From assembly GCA_951406725.2 (NCBI GenBank), contig OX597831.1, positions 65,100,001-65,164,000 of the forward strand: a DNA stretch of 64,000 bases, read 5' to 3'. Numbering within the stretch: position 1 is the first letter of the stretch; every line of letters starts with the position of its first letter. The translations under genes were made by a program, and so were the position numbers. Positions 24,442 through 39,400 of this stretch are shown here, piece by piece. Under the pieces are notes generated by a model. The model was not told the origin of the DNA. It did not search any database and was given only the letters and a program-made list of their open reading frames with translations. Source of the DNA: Octopus vulgaris (Eukaryota).

Positions 24442-27400
24442 ATATGTTTGTGTGTCCGTGTTTGTTCCCCTAGCATTGCTTGACAACCGATGTTGGTGTG
24501 TTTACGTCCCCGTCACTTAGCGGTTCGGCAAAAGAGACCGATAGAATAAGTACTGGGCTTACAAAGAATAAGTCCTTGGGTCGATTTGCTCGACTAAAGG
24601 CGGTGCTCCAGCATGGCCGCAGTCAAATGACTGAAACAAGTAAAAGAGTATATATATATATATATATAGCAGCAATACAAGGGTAGAAGCAATGTAATAG
24701 GTAACATTTTATTTGCAATAGTTAAATCTGAAAATTTTATTTAGTTTACTAAATTAGATCTTTCAGATTTTAACAGTCATTAACCCTTTAGCATTTAAAC
24801 CAGCCAGATCCAGCCCAAATGTTCTACCTGTTTTGTGTTCAAACTGGCTAGATATGGCCTCTCACACCTACCCTACAATGTAATTCTAAAAATAAACATT
24901 CACAACATCAAAATCCCAAAACTATGGGATAATGCATGATAAATTCAAAATGTGAATACATAAGCATTGCATTTGGCAGAATAATTTGAACACTAAAGTT
25001 TTCTCATGCAAAGGAAAAAACAAAATGATCAAAATAATCTGGTAATTGTTTCTAATTAAAAGAAAAGCCATGACTTCAGTTTTCTATAGATGAGTAAGGC
25101 AGTAAACAAAAGTCTATTTACCATCACCAAAGACTAGATTTTAGAACTATCAGCAAAACAGGTCATTTGAAAGGAAAGTATGTTCTGCAGTTTGCTGAGA
25201 AAATACAAGTAGATGCAAATAAATACCTGCAAGGTTTTGAAGCTAAGCAGTAGAAAAATATTTAACAAGTTTCAAATTTTGATGTTAATCACTTCCTAAT
25301 TATTCTCAAAGCCTGTAAAAACTAATTTCTTTTCAAGGAAACTCCTCAGTTTACAGATTAGATTTTATCAGTCGGAGAATTTAAGAACGATATTTGAGAT
25401 TAGTTAAGATAGTTTTAAAAGAACATACATTGTCTGTTGTTGTTCAGTCCACATTTAACAGACCTGTAATCATCCATCTTCTCAGGAAACCTATCTAGAA
25501 CACCATTGTCTAATGTAGTCCTTGTGTTTTTAAGGACAGGATATGACTTGTGAGAGAATTGCCTATTTTTAGCAAAAGAGACTGATAGAATAAGCACCAA
25601 GGTTAAAAAAAAAAAAAAAAAAAAGTACTGTGGTCTATTCATTCAGTTAAAAATTCAAAACAGTGCCCCAGCATGGCCACAGTCTATAGACTGAAAAAGT
25701 AAAGAGCAAAGGTTTATATATATATATATAAAATCATTATCAGTTAGCATCTGCTTTCCATGTTGGCATGGGTTAGATGGTTTAACTGGAACTGGTAAAC
25801 CAGAGAGCTGTACCCGCTTCTACAGCTGGATGCCCTTCCGAACACAGAGTTTATGTGCCACCAGTACAGGTGCCTGTTGCATTACACCGGCATTGGCCGT
25901 GACTGATTTCACATGGCTTGACAAGTCTTAAGCACAACACATCAAAGTTCTCCATTTATCATCACCTGCATAAGGCCCAACATTCAAAGATCATGCTTCA
26001 CCACCTTATCCTACGTCTTCCTGGGTCTACCTCTATCACAAGTTTCTCCATAGAGATTGGCACATCTTTACACAACTGTACTTGACCATACCAGCACAGC
26101 TGTCTCTTATACCCAATTTTTCTCTCTCGTACATGCACACTGACGTTGCACATCCAGCGAAGCATGCTAACTTTGGTTCTTTCAAGCCTTCACATGTCTC
26201 TGCAGTCACGGCTCCACTTTCACTGCCATATAACATGGCTGTTCTCACTCAAACATCATACAATCTGCCTTTCATTCTGAGGAAGAGGTCCTTTGCTACC
26301 AACAAAGGTAGAAGCTCTCTGAACTTTGCCCAGCCTATTCTTATTCTAGCAGCTACATTCTTGGCGCATCTACCTCCACAGCAGACTTGGTCACCCAGAC
26401 AACAGAAGCTTTCAACTACTTCTAGGTGTCACTTCTGGCATTTGATAGAATCAATCTTCTGTATGTTTATAGTGTTTATTGCACCTTTTCCAAGTTAGTT
26501 GGGCTATGACCCTCTCAATCACTTTCATCACCTGATCCTCTGTATTTATGTCTGTCTAAAGTGTCACCTTTACCTTTGTACCAATCAACTATGGTGCTGC
26601 TACAGTCATTGGGATGATTCCCTCGTGTACAACTCAATTAACTATATGGGTGACTAGACCATAACCCACACTGCCTGATGGGCTGGGAGCTTTCCTGGTC
26701 TTCATGGCCTTATCTACCATGCTACTTCTATTCAGATTCTCCTTCTCCCATGAGTTCACCACATTTAGTAGCCTTTCATAGTGACTCTGCAAAGAAAGAG
26801 GCTTGGAAGTTCTACTAACTGCAAATGAATCATCATCCATGCAAATACTTCTCTCCAACATCACAAGTTTCCCTGGCACACTATCTTGCAAACCAAAACA
26901 CTTGAAATTGCTGGTCCTCACTCCACAGAACATGGCAAACTTCTTCCTTTCTGCTTCACCCCTAGCTAAGTATACCTGCCTCCTAGATTCCCTTATTTCT
27001 TTATTGCCCACAAGGGGCTAAACAGAGGGGACAAACAAGGATAGAGAAAGGGATTAAGTCGATCATATCGCCCCAGTGCGTAACTGGTAATTATTTAATC
27101 GATCCCAAAAGGATGGAAGGCAAAGTCAACCTTGGTGGAATTTGAATCCAGAACGTAGCAGCAGACGAAATACTGCTAATCATTTCGCACAGCGTGCTAA
27201 CGATTCTGCCAGTTCGCCACCCTTTCTAGATTCCCTTCTAGCTGCCTTCTTGCTACTGCCACACTAACAGTCCTTCCAAGCATGTTTCTTTGCTTTAATG
27301 TTCCTGTCAACCACACAGTTCCATCACCACGTCACCCTAGGTTTGGTTGGGGCTAACCACAAACTTGGTCTGTGGCTTTCAGTAAGTTGTCTTGTAGGAA

Positions 27401-30400
27401 CATCCAGTTATCCTCGATGTTACAAATCAGTAACTCCTCCTCCTCCTCCTCATTAAATGCTTCAGTTAGGATGTCTCTTCAAAAGAGACTGAAGCTTCCG
27501 GATAATCCTTTTCCAAATTGGCTTGCTTCTTAGAATCCTTTGTGCCTGTAGTTTGAAGTCACTAATGTGTAACCTATGCTGAAGGTGGGGTGGGGAGAGA
27601 GAAAGAGAGAGAGCCAATATATTTTCATTCATCATTCAAAGCTACAAAACTTTTTGATATTACTGACCTTCCAGTTGTTGTAATAACAATGATAGCAGCA
27701 GCATGACACTTGAATGAAGCTTCAACAGCTGCAATTGCAACGGTGTGGGTAGCATCTGTTGGAGTTGGTGTCTGACGTCTGAGTTCTTCAAACAGTTGAC
27801 TATGAAACACAGCAGATTCAGCTTCACGAGCAATCTTTGAAAAATACATAGAACAACAACAGTATTAATCATATTGGAAGATAAAAATTCTTTAAATTTA
27901 CATAACTGAGAATAATACAGTTACACTGCTAAGGTTTTCTATAATGAAAATTTTAATGTACATTAAGTCTATATTTAAAAAGGAACAAATCTGAGACTGA
28001 GGAACATGTCAAAGGAAAAAAAAGCAGTGCATCATAATATGAAGTTATTCTCAGACTAGAAACCTGCTCTGAATGTTTGCAGTAGTGTGAACCATTAAAA
28101 GATACCCAAGGGGCAGGTGATAGTTTAAACCAAGAGAAAGGTTAAGTGGAACTGCAGATATACCAACGATCATAGCTCCCGGCTCACGGCCTGTATGACA
28201 TGATATGCACTCCTCCAGCTCCTAAAAGTCTAGCACTGGCCAGATTTTATTCTTTTTCAGCCTGACTATTGCCAACATAATCTTCTTCACTTCTTTCTAT
28301 AAAATAGAAATACTCTCCTCTATCCATTTGGCCACCTTTCTCTCAAACTCATTCCTAGCCTCTCCTTTCAGGAATGTTTTCATAGCAGCTCACTGTTTCT
28401 CAACATGGAGGGTTCTTCCTTCCAAAAGTACTCCATCAGCCATTGTTTGCCATCAAACTCAGCCCAGAAGTCCTTATCTTCAACCCTTTTGTTACTGTAT
28501 TTATTTTGAGATGCTCTGTGTTTCCTTCAATTATTTTAAATATGACAAAGAATTTAGTAAAATAACTTAGTTATCATTAAGCTAGTGTTAGGAACATAAG
28601 TTGTGACTAAGGTTTCGTGGAAGATTTTAATTCAAAATCTATGAAAACAAGACATTTGTATTCAGAGCCAGAGCCGGTTTCAGTCGGGTTGGTAACGAAA
28701 GGGTTAATCTTGTTTGCAGTATTTCTTCCCCCAAGAATAGGATGCTCAAAGCATTGCTTGGTGAACTCAAGCCAGACGAATGTTATTATAACTTGAATTC
28801 GTCAGCTAAACAATTATGCCTGAACCAAAACACATGTAGACAATGAGGAAAGAATTTACTGAATGACTAAGTAGATGTAGAGAGACAAAATAATATTAAG
28901 CTTCATTATAGCAGGGGAGAGAAATTTGAAATATAAAAATTAAATAAGGCATCCATTGTGGAGCAAGTGACCGTTGTTAAGTTTGTCTTGATAGACCTCC
29001 ATGAACCATAGCCTTAGCAGTGCTTACTACATCCTAGATGACAGCAGCAAAGATTTTGAATGAATAAACAGGCTATGGATAACGTCTACAGTGACCACAA
29101 TTTACAATGTTAACCAATTTTGATAAACTCATTTTCATCATTAGCGTTTCAACATTTCTTTTCCCATGCTTGCACAAGTCACATGAGACTACATGGAGGC
29201 AGAATTTTCTATGGCTTGATGCTTGAACTATCACCGACTGTCACCCAAGTAAGGTAATATTAACCACGGTCTAACCAAACAATAAACAGCCCAGGCATGC
29301 TTCCACATAAGATTGCAAACAAATAATACCATATGTATGAAGGGTAGTGTTTTCTTTAGAATAAGCATGTACTTATCAAGATAAAGGAAATACACAGTAA
29401 CACAAACACATACATAATGGGGTTTTTTCCAGTTTCTACCTACTAAATTTCACTCACAAGCTATTAGTCAATGTGTGGCTACAGCAATGGATACCTGCCA
29501 ACAGTGTCCATACAGTTAGAGCAAATCCCAAATCATGTGGTTTTAAAGTCAACTTCTTAACCACACAGCCAGGTTAGCACCCTATAACAGCCCTGCTTGT
29601 GCCCAAAAGCGTAGCTTTAAGGGAGGAAGTTACTCTCTGACCTAGCCCAAATGTTTGCAACAAAGACAGCTGCTAAAACAAAGGTTATGTTTAACTAGGA
29701 AACAGATTATGTCTATCACCTAACATGGTTAAAAAAAAAAAATTTTTAAAAACGTACAAAATTTGGCAAATTTATTAAAATTGTAAAAAGACTAATCAAC
29801 AAAAATACTAATAACAAATCATAAAATAGCTTTGAACATTATCAATCAACACCTACTTTAGCCATCATACGAACAGCGTCCAAAGGATAGGAGCCTTTGG
29901 CAGTTTCTCCTGACAACATAACACAGTCTGCACCATCCAGAACAGCATTTGCAACATCACCAGCTTCAGCTCGAGTTGGACGTGGTTTCTTCACCATACT
30001 TTCCAACATCTGATAAAATAAATTGATCATCTCTGTGAAATGTAAGCAACCTCAATAACGAAAAAAAATAAAATATTTACTTTATATATAAGCTTTTCTA
30101 ACTTGGATGCATACACAGATCTGCCTGAATGCTTGCTACAGAGTGAACTTTGTGAAAGACCTGAATACAAGGGCTAACTGGCAGTGTTAAACCAGGTAAG
30201 AATAGAGACGGATCTCTTCAACAGGCAGCTTCCGTCAAACAAATTTCATTCACAAAGCTTTGGTTAATTCCTGGCAATAACAACCTAAAGTATTTCCTCG
30301 AAACAATATTATAATTAGAAATATTGAATTTCTAAATGTCTCAAAGAGACATGAGTGGTGGTGGAGCGATAGTGGTTGTATACTGTCAACATAACGTGAC

Positions 30401-33400
30401 AGTCCCGTAAAGGGAATAACACCACTCCTATATAGCCTTAGGAAGCATCGACGCTTCCTGTCGGCTTTGACACATTTCCTGTGTCCTTATATTTGCGAAG
30501 GATATAATCGATACTGGAACTGAAAGGCATATATTCAGTACAAATTAAATGTATCAACAATACAATTCGTTTTGATAGCAAAATAAATAACAGATATGGA
30601 ATTTTCAAAGCCTATAAAACTACACTTGGTGTGATAACTTGTGACAAATTAAGTTTAAATAGTTAACAGCTAATGTCCAAGAAAATATATAGATGTGAGC
30701 AAGAAAACAAAAATTTACTGAAACTAAATTGAAAGGCTGACAAATGTCAGGTAAAACATTTGATTTAAGAATTATCAGATAATTATAGAATTGTCTGCAT
30801 TAAGAGAAATAAACAAAAGAGACTAAATAAGCTAAAAGTAAATAAGATTGATAAAGCTGGCTGAATGAGTTTTCTAAATTGAAGATAATTTTAAGAGCTT
30901 CCTGGAGTTAAATGAACCGTTAATTGCAACTAGTATTTATTTTCTATCCCAATAGGCTGAAATATTCATCATCATTGTTCGACCATGGTCGAGACAATGG
31001 AATTTACTATGTTACGCTAGACTTCACGGTCCATCATAGCATTACGGAGGTCCTGTTTCTGAATGCCTGTATCCTGGAGATTACATCAGGGTAGGACAGT
31101 GAAATATTACATTTAATGTCTATGGAACATTCTGAACTGATGACTTTTGATCTGCAAACAAAACAATTTTAGTGGTTATATAATGAAAGACACCAAACAA
31201 TTATGTACATACATACCTGAGTGGCACAAATAACAGGTTTACCAGCTTTGTTGCATTTAGCTATCATCATCTTCTGGGCTAAAAACACTTTTTCAGGAGG
31301 AATCTCAATACCCAAATCACCACGCGCAACCATGACCCCATCAGTTTCCTTCAAAATTTCATCAAAGCTGAAACAGAAGAAATAAAATTGTCAAAGATGT
31401 TCAACAAACTGATGGGGAAGCAAAAAATTTAATTTGAAATAATTACTTTTTCACGCCTTGGTGGTTTTCAATTTTCACAAAAATTTTAATGTCTTTTCCT
31501 TTCTCTCCAAGAATTTTTCTGATTTCTCGAACACCATCAGCACTTCTTATAAAAGAAGCAAACACCATATCAACCTAAATAACAAACGAATTAAATTTTG
31601 AGAAAGTGTCAAGATTTTGTAAAATAAACCAATATTCAATATTAAATTCTGGAAGAAAAAAAAAAAAGAAAAAAAAAAAAATTACATACGTCTTGTTCTA
31701 CACCGAATAGCAAATCTTGTTTATCTTTTTCTGATACAGCAGGCAAATCAACAGGAACTCCAGGTAAATTGCAGCCTTTCTTACTACCAAGGTCACCACC
31801 ATTTTCAATTTCACAATCCATATAGTCAGAACCTACAATTTAAAGATACCAAGTTTAACCAGGGCCTACATCTCACTACCATATACAACCTTCCCTTCAC
31901 TTGGAGAGGAAGACTTTTGGTAAAAGCTCTCTGAACTTTTTTCATCCTATTTTTATTCTATCAATTACATTTTCTGTACAACCTCCTCCACTGCTAGGTT
32001 ACCTGGGTAGCAAAAATTATCTAAAACTTCCAGAAAGTCACCGGGATATTTAAGGATATCAGTTTCCCGTGTATCTGTGGTCTTTATGTCTCCCATACGT
32101 CTTCCAAGTATGAACAGTTTCTCCGTTAATCTTCCAACTATTCCACTGCACCTTTTGCGTGTCCACGGCTTGCACTGGGTATACCAAAAGGAATTTCTGC
32201 GTACACCCTTCCTATATACCAAGCCAGGCCATTTACCTGATGGGTGAAAGGTCCTCTCTGATTTTTGCTCACTAGGACCTTAGTTTTTGCTAAGTTTACT
32301 AAGATGCTTAGATTGCAAGTTCTGTTTCCACATCTGGAATTTCTTTTCTAATTCTGTTACAAATTCAGCTACAAGGGCAAGATCAGCAATATAGGCGTTG
32401 CCATGGGCTTCCAATCTTAAATTCCTCTGTTATGGCCTAGAGGAAGATGAATAGGAGGGGGCTGAGAACTGACCCTTGGTGAACACTGACCTGTACATTA
32501 AATTCCTTAGTGTACCCATGGCCAACTCTTAACTTACTACCAGCATTCCTGTACTATAGAGCTTTCACAAGCCATTCATCTATCCCTAGCTTTCTCAAGG
32601 ACCACTATATCACAGAGTGGGGTACACTGTCAAAGGTTTTCTCTAGATCAACAAATGCCAAGTACAACAGTTTGTTCTTAACTAAATACTTCTTTTGCAG
32701 TTGCCTGACTGAGGAAAAACAAATGCAAATTAAAAAAAAATATACTTTGTTTAATGTTATCAAGCTGGAAATAAGTGCTGTTCCTATTTTGAACTGATAA
32801 GGAATAACCAGCTGTAAAAGCAGTTAATGGTCAATAGCATAGTGAGACCCTGGTAAATATAAAATCCTCCAGTGGACCAGAACAAAGGAACCAAAATCAA
32901 GTTAAAGGTTCATTGATCTTAAACCAGTGAACTTCAGAGAAACTTATGAAAATAAAATACTTCAAAGTATTCTACGAGAATAATTACCCATCAATATTTA
33001 TATGCTGATGTTAAAAACATTTGTTTTTTATTAATGTTTTGCATTCTTTTTTTTATAATTACACTCATAGTATTTCCATCTTTCTATTCTTCTCACTTTA
33101 GATATAAAAAAAAAGCCATTTTCTTTCAATGCTGATAAATGCTAATTTATTTCACCTTCAATTAACCAAACTCTTCCACAACCATTTCCCATTATATATC
33201 ATTCGTCTCTTTTCTCTATCACAGCTTTATTTTTGATCAATATATTCTAACACAAATCAATCCAATGTGTTTATGAAGATTAGAAGCACTGACAAATAAA
33301 TCTTTCAAGTTTTATGGCACTTATATAAGAAACATCAAAATAACGTTTTGTTTTTAAGAGTACTACAGATTCTTGGATTTCTAAATATGATAGAATATAA

Positions 33401-36400
33401 AAATCAAGTAAAAATATTACCCATGTTTTTAACAATAACAGAAATTAAGCCATCATCAATGTACATTCGAGATCCTACTTTCATGACTTTGGTAATGTTT
33501 TTGTAATCAACATACAAAGTATTTTCATCACAAGCCTCCATAGCACTCTCATTTGTTGTAATCTTTATTTTTGCTCCCGTTTTCAAAGACACTTCAGCTG
33601 AGGGACCCTGAAAACAATTTTAAGTCATTAATAAGTATTTAAAAACATCAAAACAATCATCAATGAAAAACAAAACTGTATATACTTTCATTATCTATAG
33701 TCAATATTTACAACTAATATTCTGAAAATATCTGAGAAATTTAAGTATTCATCAAGTGATAAGGAACTTAATCAAGGGACATTCAAACATCATAAGTGGA
33801 AAGTGTAACCTCTCGAAAGAGCTGTTCTTCACTCCTGCTCCAGAGCATGGGCTGCGGGGTCACTCCGCAAAGGTCTATCTACAACGATTTCATCTCAATC
33901 GAAGGAGAGGGGCTTTCTCCGTCCGGGTTGTGGATTCGTGGAATAAGCTGCCGGACGAGATAGTGAAGATGCCGACGACCGCTCGGTTCAAAGTCTCTCT
34001 TGACCAGAAATGGCCTGAACTCTTTGTATGACCACCCTCCCTGTACATAACTCCCTGTACCCCTACATGGCTTTTGCTTTTTGAGCCAATAAAAATTGAA
34101 TTGAATTGAAAAAAAAAAAAATTAAAATAAATCAAAACTACCTGCTCACATTCCTGATGGAAAAGGCAGAATCCTAGATTTTCCAACTATGCTAAACTGG
34201 AAATAACGTTGTTAGATAGTTTTTTTTTTTTCGTTCTTTTTTTTTCAAAATATTAGAGAATTAATTATGGTATATGCAAAATTCTTAATATAATAGCTAC
34301 CTAATGCAGTAAATGTCAATTCAGATTTAGGCTATAACTACATACCCAGTAGGGCATGTAGTTATAGCCACTCACTACCTTAAGAGCATGCTATCATAAG
34401 AGCTACTGATAGTTTCATGCTTTTATGTAACCTTAAATAGGCATATTTATAAAACACACCATGTCAGGCTCAGTTTATGTGTTAAATATATTTTAAAAAA
34501 TTAGGGCACTGGACAGGGAGAAAATAAGAAAAACATGAAGGCTGATGCAAAAAGATGGAACAAGAAGAAAGAAAGAAAGAAAACTAAGTTCCCCATCCTC
34601 TCTAATTGCAGAAACCACAATGCGGCTGGTACAGAACAAATAACAGAAAATATGTCAAAGTCTGCAAGACAGCAAATCGATCTGAAGCAGGGGTATCCTT
34701 CAGTTTGACAAGAGCACTGTATACAATAATTTCATTATTATTATTATTATAATAATCATCCGAAAAATGCCAATCAAGAATGCTTAATACTGATGCATCA
34801 GTTTCAGCAATTTCCTGTTGCCTCATCAGTTAAGCCAGCTTGCCTTTGGCCCCTTCTGGACTCGCTTCACCATTAGCATTTATGTTTTTGTCATCCAAAT
34901 AATTGGATGATTTAGCAATTTGCTAATGTGTATATATAAAATTAATGCGTGGTGTGGTGTATATTTCAGCCATGTATCCAGAATTTAATGTCTGTGGAAG
35001 GGTTAAGGGAAGAGCTATTTTTGTATCATCAGAATGTATTGTGCACACTGAAGTTTCCTCAATAATGCTGTTTGGAAGTCTTAAGATTGTTGTTTAGCCC
35101 CAAGTTAGCCCTGATCAAGCAGCTTTACGATCAAGAGCATTGTCATCATTGCTTTTTTTCATGTGTAGGGTACCTAGGCCCATGTTATGCAATGTGTCCT
35201 TTTCAAAGACAAGCATGATTTGATGGAAATTTGGTTGCTATTTCTAGCAGATAGAACAACCACAGAAATTCCCTTGTTGGTTCACAATACTCTGCAGCCT
35301 AAATAGAATGATTGATTGTGATACCTGCATGTATATTATGTCTTTTCAGACAAACACAATAACAAAATTATCAACCCATGCCAGCAAAATTATCAAACAA
35401 AATTAAACATCCTAAAAGCTGTGTTGATATGCACACCAATGATGATGGGGGCAAAAGAACCATTGCACTACAATCAAATCCACTCAACTGTCCTGCTATG
35501 GTCACGACCACATCCTACAGTAAAGCAAATGAGCCAGTAAAAGAGTATTAGGGATCACTAGACTTGTTACGAATAGTAACCAAATCCCATCAAATCACAA
35601 CCATTTTAAAGGAAAAAATGGTCACAGTGAATAGTGTAGTCCATGTACTACATCTAAAAAGGATCTTATGTGCATGACTGAAAAGGTCATGAAGATCAGA
35701 CTTTGAGGATCTTATTGAGTCTCAAAAGTCTGCAAAAACATACCAAAATAATGCAACATTAATTGCTTTCATTGGCTCAATCTCTCGGTTGTTAACCGCC
35801 TACAATAAACCAAGAAATTAATTGTCACACCAAATCAACATTGCACATTTTCACATAAGCTACTCATTTTTAATTTTCGTAAATGAAGCCTTATCAGTCC
35901 TACAAATTCGGCTGGAAAATGGTTTACATTTCTCGTGTTCTCAATAATTTTAAACTCAACTTACACCCTTGAGAAGGCCTGTTCTTATCTCGGGTCCTTT
36001 TGTATCCAGTGCAACAGCAATTATCTTCGGTTTATCAAACTTCTGGGTAGCTTCTCTCACATTCTTAATAGTTTCACCATGGTACTGAAACAAACAATTT
36101 TTAACAGTAAAATATATCTTTCCATGAAATGTAATTGTTTTACATATTAGCGTATTTATGGTGAAATTAACAGATATAAAGGGAAACATGAAGATACCTT
36201 TCCAATATTCTTATGTTTAGAAAAATAAAAAAATAAAGAGCAAAACACATTAGGAGTTAACCACTATTTTACAGACTAAAAATTAGATTCATAATATAAA
36301 AGTTCTAACTTGTAAAAACTTAAAATTATTTTATATATTTGCTTAAAAATAAAATTAGAAGAAATAGGTTTTACAAGGGATGTTCAAAAAGTAAGACTAA

Positions 36401-39400
36401 AATATTTAAGGACACAACAGCAGGAAAAGAAAATACCTATTTTTATTTCGTTATCAGACTCAAAACATTTGAAACACCCTGCATGTGTGATTAAAATTAT
36501 CGCAATAATTTTATCATTGAAATGAATATTTAAAAGGTTAAAAACAGAACCGATATTTACTTCATATGATCCATGAGAAAAATTAAGTCTGGCAACATCC
36601 ATTCCTTCAATCATCATCTTCTTTAGAGAATCAACATCTTTGCAAGCTGGGCCTGAAAGTGAAATAAAATGTGTAATATGCATATACTATTATAAATTTT
36701 AAGATTCATTTTTTGTTATCTACCAAACATTTAAAGCAGTGGTTCCCAAGGTGGGCAGTACTGCCCCTTTGCAGGGGAAAGATCCAAGGGGAGCATTGAA
36801 GAAAGTGGGGTGATAATGGGATTGTCAAAAGTGGCGAAGGATGTAAACGAAAATGAATAATGGGTTAATTAGGTTCAATTTTTATTTATGAAATACAGTG
36901 GTTTTGAATCTGCTACAGAAAGTGGTCTATGTTTGTGGTGGTGAGTGGAGGAAGCACTTGGAATGCAGCCTAGGTGCCAAAGGGGCAGCAGCCTGAAAAA
37001 GTTTGGGAACCACTGATTTAAGGCTTCACTTGCAAGAGAAATCCTAGATTTTTTCCCACCTGTGTCTGCTACATACTACTCCAATAAGATCCATTGGCGA
37101 TTGTTACAACATGTGTGAGTTATGTAGAGTCTAAGTAGCTCTTTATAACATTTTCAACAATGTAAGAAATGAGGAACTTAACAAGCCGAAAAGCAATGGT
37201 ACATCAGATTAATCATCACTAGAAATTTGAAGTCAAATTTGAAAAATTTCAGGGTTATTCTTAACATTAGAGGTACATACTGCTAATGATGAAAAGCCTA
37301 ATAAAAAAAAAATAAAATAAAAATAAAAAAAAAGTTGATAATGTGTATGCTGTTTCTAAGGTAAATATTTTACAGCCAACTGTATTCCATTTTCCCTCCC
37401 AAATGCAGCAAATGAAAATTCATGCATTTACTTGTATCGGCAGATAAATACTTCTGCTTGATCAATTAATCTAGGATTAGCATCATTTTTTTTTTAAGAC
37501 AATGAATAGATTTAGCAAACTAATTTATACCAAGCTTTTGATACCAACTACCAACCCACCCAAAATTTCCCCAGGTTCTATCTTTCAAACTTGCTGTTTT
37601 AACCTTTAGTATTCAAATTACTCTGTGAAAGGTAATACTTGATTCACATTGCTTTGAATCAATTATATATCTTTTAACTTTGAGATTTTGATTATGTGAT
37701 TGTTTATTTTTAGAATAAACTTGTAGGGTAGGTGTGATAAGCTAGATTTGGCCAGTTTAAACAGAAAACCAGTAGAATCTTAGGGCTCGATATGACTGGT
37801 TTAGCCATGCCAAAGGATTAAATTTATCTAAGTTAATACGTATCAAAATTTAATGTTAATTTGTTCCAAATAAAGTTATTTTACTAAATTCTTCATTATT
37901 TAAAAAATTAATTGAAACACAATATATGACAAATACAGTAACAAAAGGGTTAAAGACAGTCTAAGCTCAAGTTTTTTACAGTAATCCCTTGCCATATTGT
38001 GGTTCACCTTTCACGGTTTATTATTTAAGCATAGACTCCTCTGTAGCGTTTTACATTTATAATAAAATATATACAAATTATAAAAATAATTTTTTTTAAA
38101 TCTACAGTACAGTACAGTACTGTTTCTACTTTGTGGATTTTTACCTATCGCAGGGGTTTTGGAATGTAACACCTGCCATAGTCGAGGGATTACTGTACTA
38201 CAAAGCTTTTCAAAGAAGCCAATCAAGTTATTCAGCAAAACCTATTGAATAAAATAAACAGAACTGAACAGTAGATTGCTAAAAGTCAAAACATCTCTCT
38301 AACCAATATGCTTGCTAGTTTGCAACATATGACAAAACTTCACAGCCAGCACTTAAAATGGTTGGCACAGTTGGTTGATTCAGTTAACTGCCTCACAACT
38401 AATCATTACTGTTATAGTAGGATCTCATTTTTATTATAGTAAGATGTAAAACTTCAATTATCAGACAAAAATTCCCTCAAGGAGGGCTTAAAAATCTGAA
38501 AATAAGAGAGAACTAACATCAATTGAAGTTTTTTTGGAGATATAGAAAATGTAGTGAATGTATTTAACAAAACATGTTTAAGACGTAGAATTGAATTTGT
38601 TTTTTTTTTTAACATTTTAAGCATTCTTAGTGAGAATTTCTTTAATTGCCCAAACTTTCCCAACTCACTATGTAACAAAACTATTAAACTATTTGTATTT
38701 TGTTTGCAAACTGCTCCCATAAGATATTTCCCATCTCCAGCCACACTGCTCATTCCAGCACATATCAAGCAATAACTATTTACCCATGGTTCATCGCATT
38801 ATTAAAGTTCAGCTTCAGAAACTTTATGATTCAATCAAACAACACTAGAGTTATAAACTCAATCTAGATGTTCATGGTTCTACTTAATATAATTGGTGTT
38901 TTCCTGTAATCTCAGTTTTTTTTTTATCATTGCAAAATTGTTCATATTTAAGTCGACCCAGAAGATAAAGTCATGCTGGAAATCTATAGTAGAACACACT
39001 AAGACTGGTCAACAAAAGTGAATCACTATCATAGTGGTTAAGTCCATTCAATATTGGAGCCAAAATCTGCAACTGGCTCACCTAAGGTGAACTACATTTA
39101 ATATCAGACACATTACTGCTAAATGACCCAAATATGATCTTGCCATGCAAGTCCTACCTACTACTAGAGAATGTATATGAGCTGAAGCTCCCTTATTCCT
39201 CCAGTGACCTACTTATCTTTTCAGCATTTGGAACAGCTTGATCAATATCTATTGAAAGATGCAAAATCTCCAAACATCAGATTCTAACACTAAATATTCC
39301 AAAAATATTCCTAATGTCATGTATCAGAACCTTTTTCTAAAACTCTCAACCCATACTGACAATTTGATTAGATAAAGAAAAGCTGAGCTCATCTTGAACA

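Noticed and set aside
24001-24486. 161-aa ORF and similar recurring ORFs ([13 protein letters not shown]..., MDGSTG..., MLAWVG...)
   Set aside because: These are chance translations of multicopy SINEs and microsatellites; only the out-of-frame overlap with the PK exon at 24128-24010 is coding.
24129-29856. A second copy of the 167-nt exon (vertebrate-style PKM1/M2 mutually exclusive pair)
   Set aside because: Only one such exon (27834-27668) was found; the flanking introns contain LINE, SINE and MITE sequence with no recognisable IAREAE-like duplicate.
38210-39080. Host protein-coding exon (104-aa ORF 38454-38768)
   Set aside because: No clear splice context; weak resemblance to a decayed hAT transposase, too degraded to call.
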